A stretch of 64,000 bases of DNA from Bispira polyomma (lineage: Eukaryota): assembly GCA_965649765.1 (NCBI GenBank), contig OZ287754.1, forward strand, positions 33,108,001 through 33,172,000. The letters are read 5' to 3'. Shown in pieces: positions 61,191-64,000 of the stretch. Each line of letters starts with the position of its first letter. The stretch's first letter is position 1. Both the position numbers and the translations under genes were made by a program. The notes below the pieces were generated by a model. The model ran no database searches and had not been told where the DNA came from. It saw only the letters and a program-made list of their open reading frames with translations.

Positions 61191-61839
61191 GAGAGATATG
61201 TTCTTTATTGATGGCTAGAACAGAATATAAAATACTTTATCAGTGTCGCATTGTTACAAATTGTTGCAGAGGTTGTCCAGCCACAATGGACCCTCCAGAA
61301 AAATACCCCTCTTGTTGTAGATGGTGTCCAGCCACAGGAGACCCTCCCAGAAAATACGTACCCCTTTGTTTTCAGATATGTTGCCAGATGTCTCATTTAG
61401 TTTTCCTTAAAATGTAGGAAGAGAGGCAGGCCAAAAGGATCCTGCACTACAGCAATCGGACTACCATTTATTGTTTGAAGTATAATTTTTTAGGCCATGC
61501 TTTAGTTAGCTTGTAGTTTTAATTCCACGCGAAGCATTGAACTAGCTCTGGCGATTGTTATAATACATTGAATATTTAAGTTCTGGAGGTTATGGTGTCA
61601 AATGTAGCAGATACATCAGGTACATTTAAAAACCTTATCAATAAGCTTGTATGAAGAATCTTTCAATTCAGAAAGAGAGGAATTTATAATGGCTATGGTA
61701 GAAACTATTCAAGCAAACTCTTTTCAGCTGCGTTTACTGTTACTTTTTTAGGCATCCTATGGTTTCTGTGTTTAACTACATTGATGATGTAAGTTTTATA
61801 TATAATTCCAACACTGACACTGTAGTTATTAAAAACCCA

Positions 61840-62000
61840 TTCGCCTCCAACCTCTGAATTCATAGGTTGGAATCTTGGCTGTGGCTTTATGTCGGTAAGT
61901 TGTCAGTTGCCAATGCCTGGTGATTTTTAGTATTGAATCTTGACCAACTAGTATGCATTGCTTTCCCCACCCCAAATGGTAGATTATATCACAGTGTGCT
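61840..62000 (+). mobile_element. Old, degenerate relative of the SINE at 9840
   Basis: ACCTCTG...GGTTGGAATC...CTTGACCAACTAGTATGCA.TG.TTTCC resembles the body of the intact copies. Confidence 0.45.
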
Positions 62001-64000
62001 GATGATTGTTACTTATTCAAGGTGGACTGGAAAGCTAGAGCATTTAGAAACCTAAGAGTTGACCAACATTGCTTTAATTAATTATGGTACAAGTTACCCT
62101 CATTCTAATATAATATCACAACTACGAAAAGTCAAAGGTCCAGTCCAAGCTTTATTATGGACAATTGAAAACAAATAAATGGTTATATGAGTAATTCCAG
62201 CTAATTAGTAACTCCTTTCAACTTAAACTTTCTGAGCTGTTATATGATAAATTATTATTCTGTAAAAAATACCAGACAGCATACAAATACATCTATACAA
62301 ACGTATGAAGGACTACAGATTTACAGGTTTTGTCTGAAGGACTATAAAACACCACCAAAACACATGAGCAGGGCGATTTTGTTTAAGGTTTAGATTGGGG
62401 AGAAAAAAAATGTATTTTTATTTGCCTGAAGAACCACAAAACACCACCAAAACATATGAGCAGGGCGATTTTGTCAGAGTTATAGGTTGGACACTAAAAA
62501 AATTAATTCTGATTTGTATGAAGAACTACAAGTCACAAGGAAGGATGTTTTATTTTAAACAATTTTGGATATACAGTGCAATTTTACAGAAGAATATCTA
62601 CAGAACCTTTTATTTGAATTTTAAATTAACAAGCTACATAATAAGAGCTTCCTATTGATACCAAACCAATTAATTTAGGTGAAGTATTCATATAGATTCT
62701 TCTGTTTAATCCATTGGCCCAGTAAACTGTGTATTTAACAAATATCAAATTACCGCCCTACCACCCTATAGTTAAATTGGGATTGTTTATTTAAAATTGC
62801 TCCCATTCTAACGTCCAGTCCAACCTCCCACCCTCTAAAGAGGCATAGCTCCATTACAACTCCCATTCCAACCTTCAGTCTAGTCTATCTACCTGTAGAG
62901 AAGTATATCTTCATTACAACTCCCAATTTGCACTGAAAAAGGTGATTATTCATTTAAAACTCAGAAATTACTAAAGATAAAATTTGCATGAAAATAAGAT
63001 AAGAAAGCTAATTTTATTGTGATTCCTGGGCATTTTGTTGCATCAAAATCCGTTTAGAAACGGCTGAGATATTTAAACTGAAATACAAGTACCCAGCTTA
63101 TATGACCAGGGCTGCAGTACAAGGCGGCAGTACAGGGCGGTATTCTGATTCCATTCCGATTCCAGTCCTATTCCGAGGTATAGTATATACCGGGTAATTG
63201 TCCGAGGTTTAGTACGAACCCTATTTCGTTCGAGTTTTAGTATGAACCTATTGTTTTAAGGTCAAGGTCTTCTCGTATGTGCTGCCGTTTGGCTGTCATC
63301 TAACTCATAAATTTGTGTTATGTTTGGACAGTTCATTCATTTGTCACCATAGTTTACTACAGTTTGTAAATATATTTTAAAAAGGTGTGTATTTTATGGA
63401 TAAGATTCTCCTCTTTAGAACGATACCAAAAAGTATAGTATTACGCAAATTAATAGTGAGATTTTGCGGTAATTTCGTCATTTACCGTCTAACTCATCCA
63501 TGACGGGTGTAGTGTAATGTAGAAAAAATGATCTGATGTATTCACTATGTTTCTTATCACCAATGAGAATAAATTCAGTTTGTCAGGATTTAATTACAAT
63601 ATGGAGCCTGTACTGTGAAAAGACAATCAGCCAGATTTTTGTGGTTGTTTTGGGCGTGAGAGAGAGATTTGAGTGTCGCCAGCGTACCAGTTCCGAAAGG
63701 AAGTTGTTACTTTCCATACATCTCTGGTTCCACTGGAATAACATTCTAAACGCATGCGCAAACAATGGTAAAAACAGAACAACATCGATATAACATTTAA
63801 GGTAGGAGGGGAAATTTGTAAACTCCTCAATATCGTGCAGTGGTTGTATCCTTGGGATATGCTTGTATACTGATATCAAGGATATATATGGCCGAATATA
63901 TGAAACTAATGATATTTTAAATAACACCCCAATGTTCTAAACAGGTGTCCACTTATATCTGTTAGTGAATACAACCACGAATGACATGGTTAAGTAAACA

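Noticed and set aside
63536-63927. Overlapping ORFs at the window end
   Set aside because: No recognisable domain or splice structure.

Overview
AT-rich invertebrate metazoan genomic DNA, probably lophotrochozoan/mollusc-like (taxon not provable from sequence). Three spliced host genes lie on the + strand: (1) internal/3' exons of an alkaline phosphatase (1.9-4.4 kb); (2) a type I membrane C-type lectin (17.5-24.9 kb; first coding exon not found); (3) a complete 488-aa ankyrin-repeat protein with an N-myristoylation motif (46.9-55.8 kb). The rest is mostly degenerate transposable elements and repeats: a cluster of tyrosine-recombinase (DIRS/Ngaro-type) retrotransposons (0-14.5 kb), two two-gene PIF/Harbinger elements plus related ends and MITEs, tRNA-derived SINEs, L2/CR1-like LINE fragments and several minisatellites. 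Most striking observation: the Harbinger genes end in canonical replication-dependent histone mRNA 3' stem-loops (GGCYCTTTTCAGGGCC-ACC). There are three copies, each in the sense orientation 28-45 nt after a transposon gene stop codon, and no histone gene is visible in the window. This suggests a DNA transposon family that uses the SLBP/U7 S-phase mRNA pathway. Second theme: tandem repeats repeatedly sit on splice junctions, and in the ankyrin gene they build apparently complete in-frame micro-exon/intron modules.
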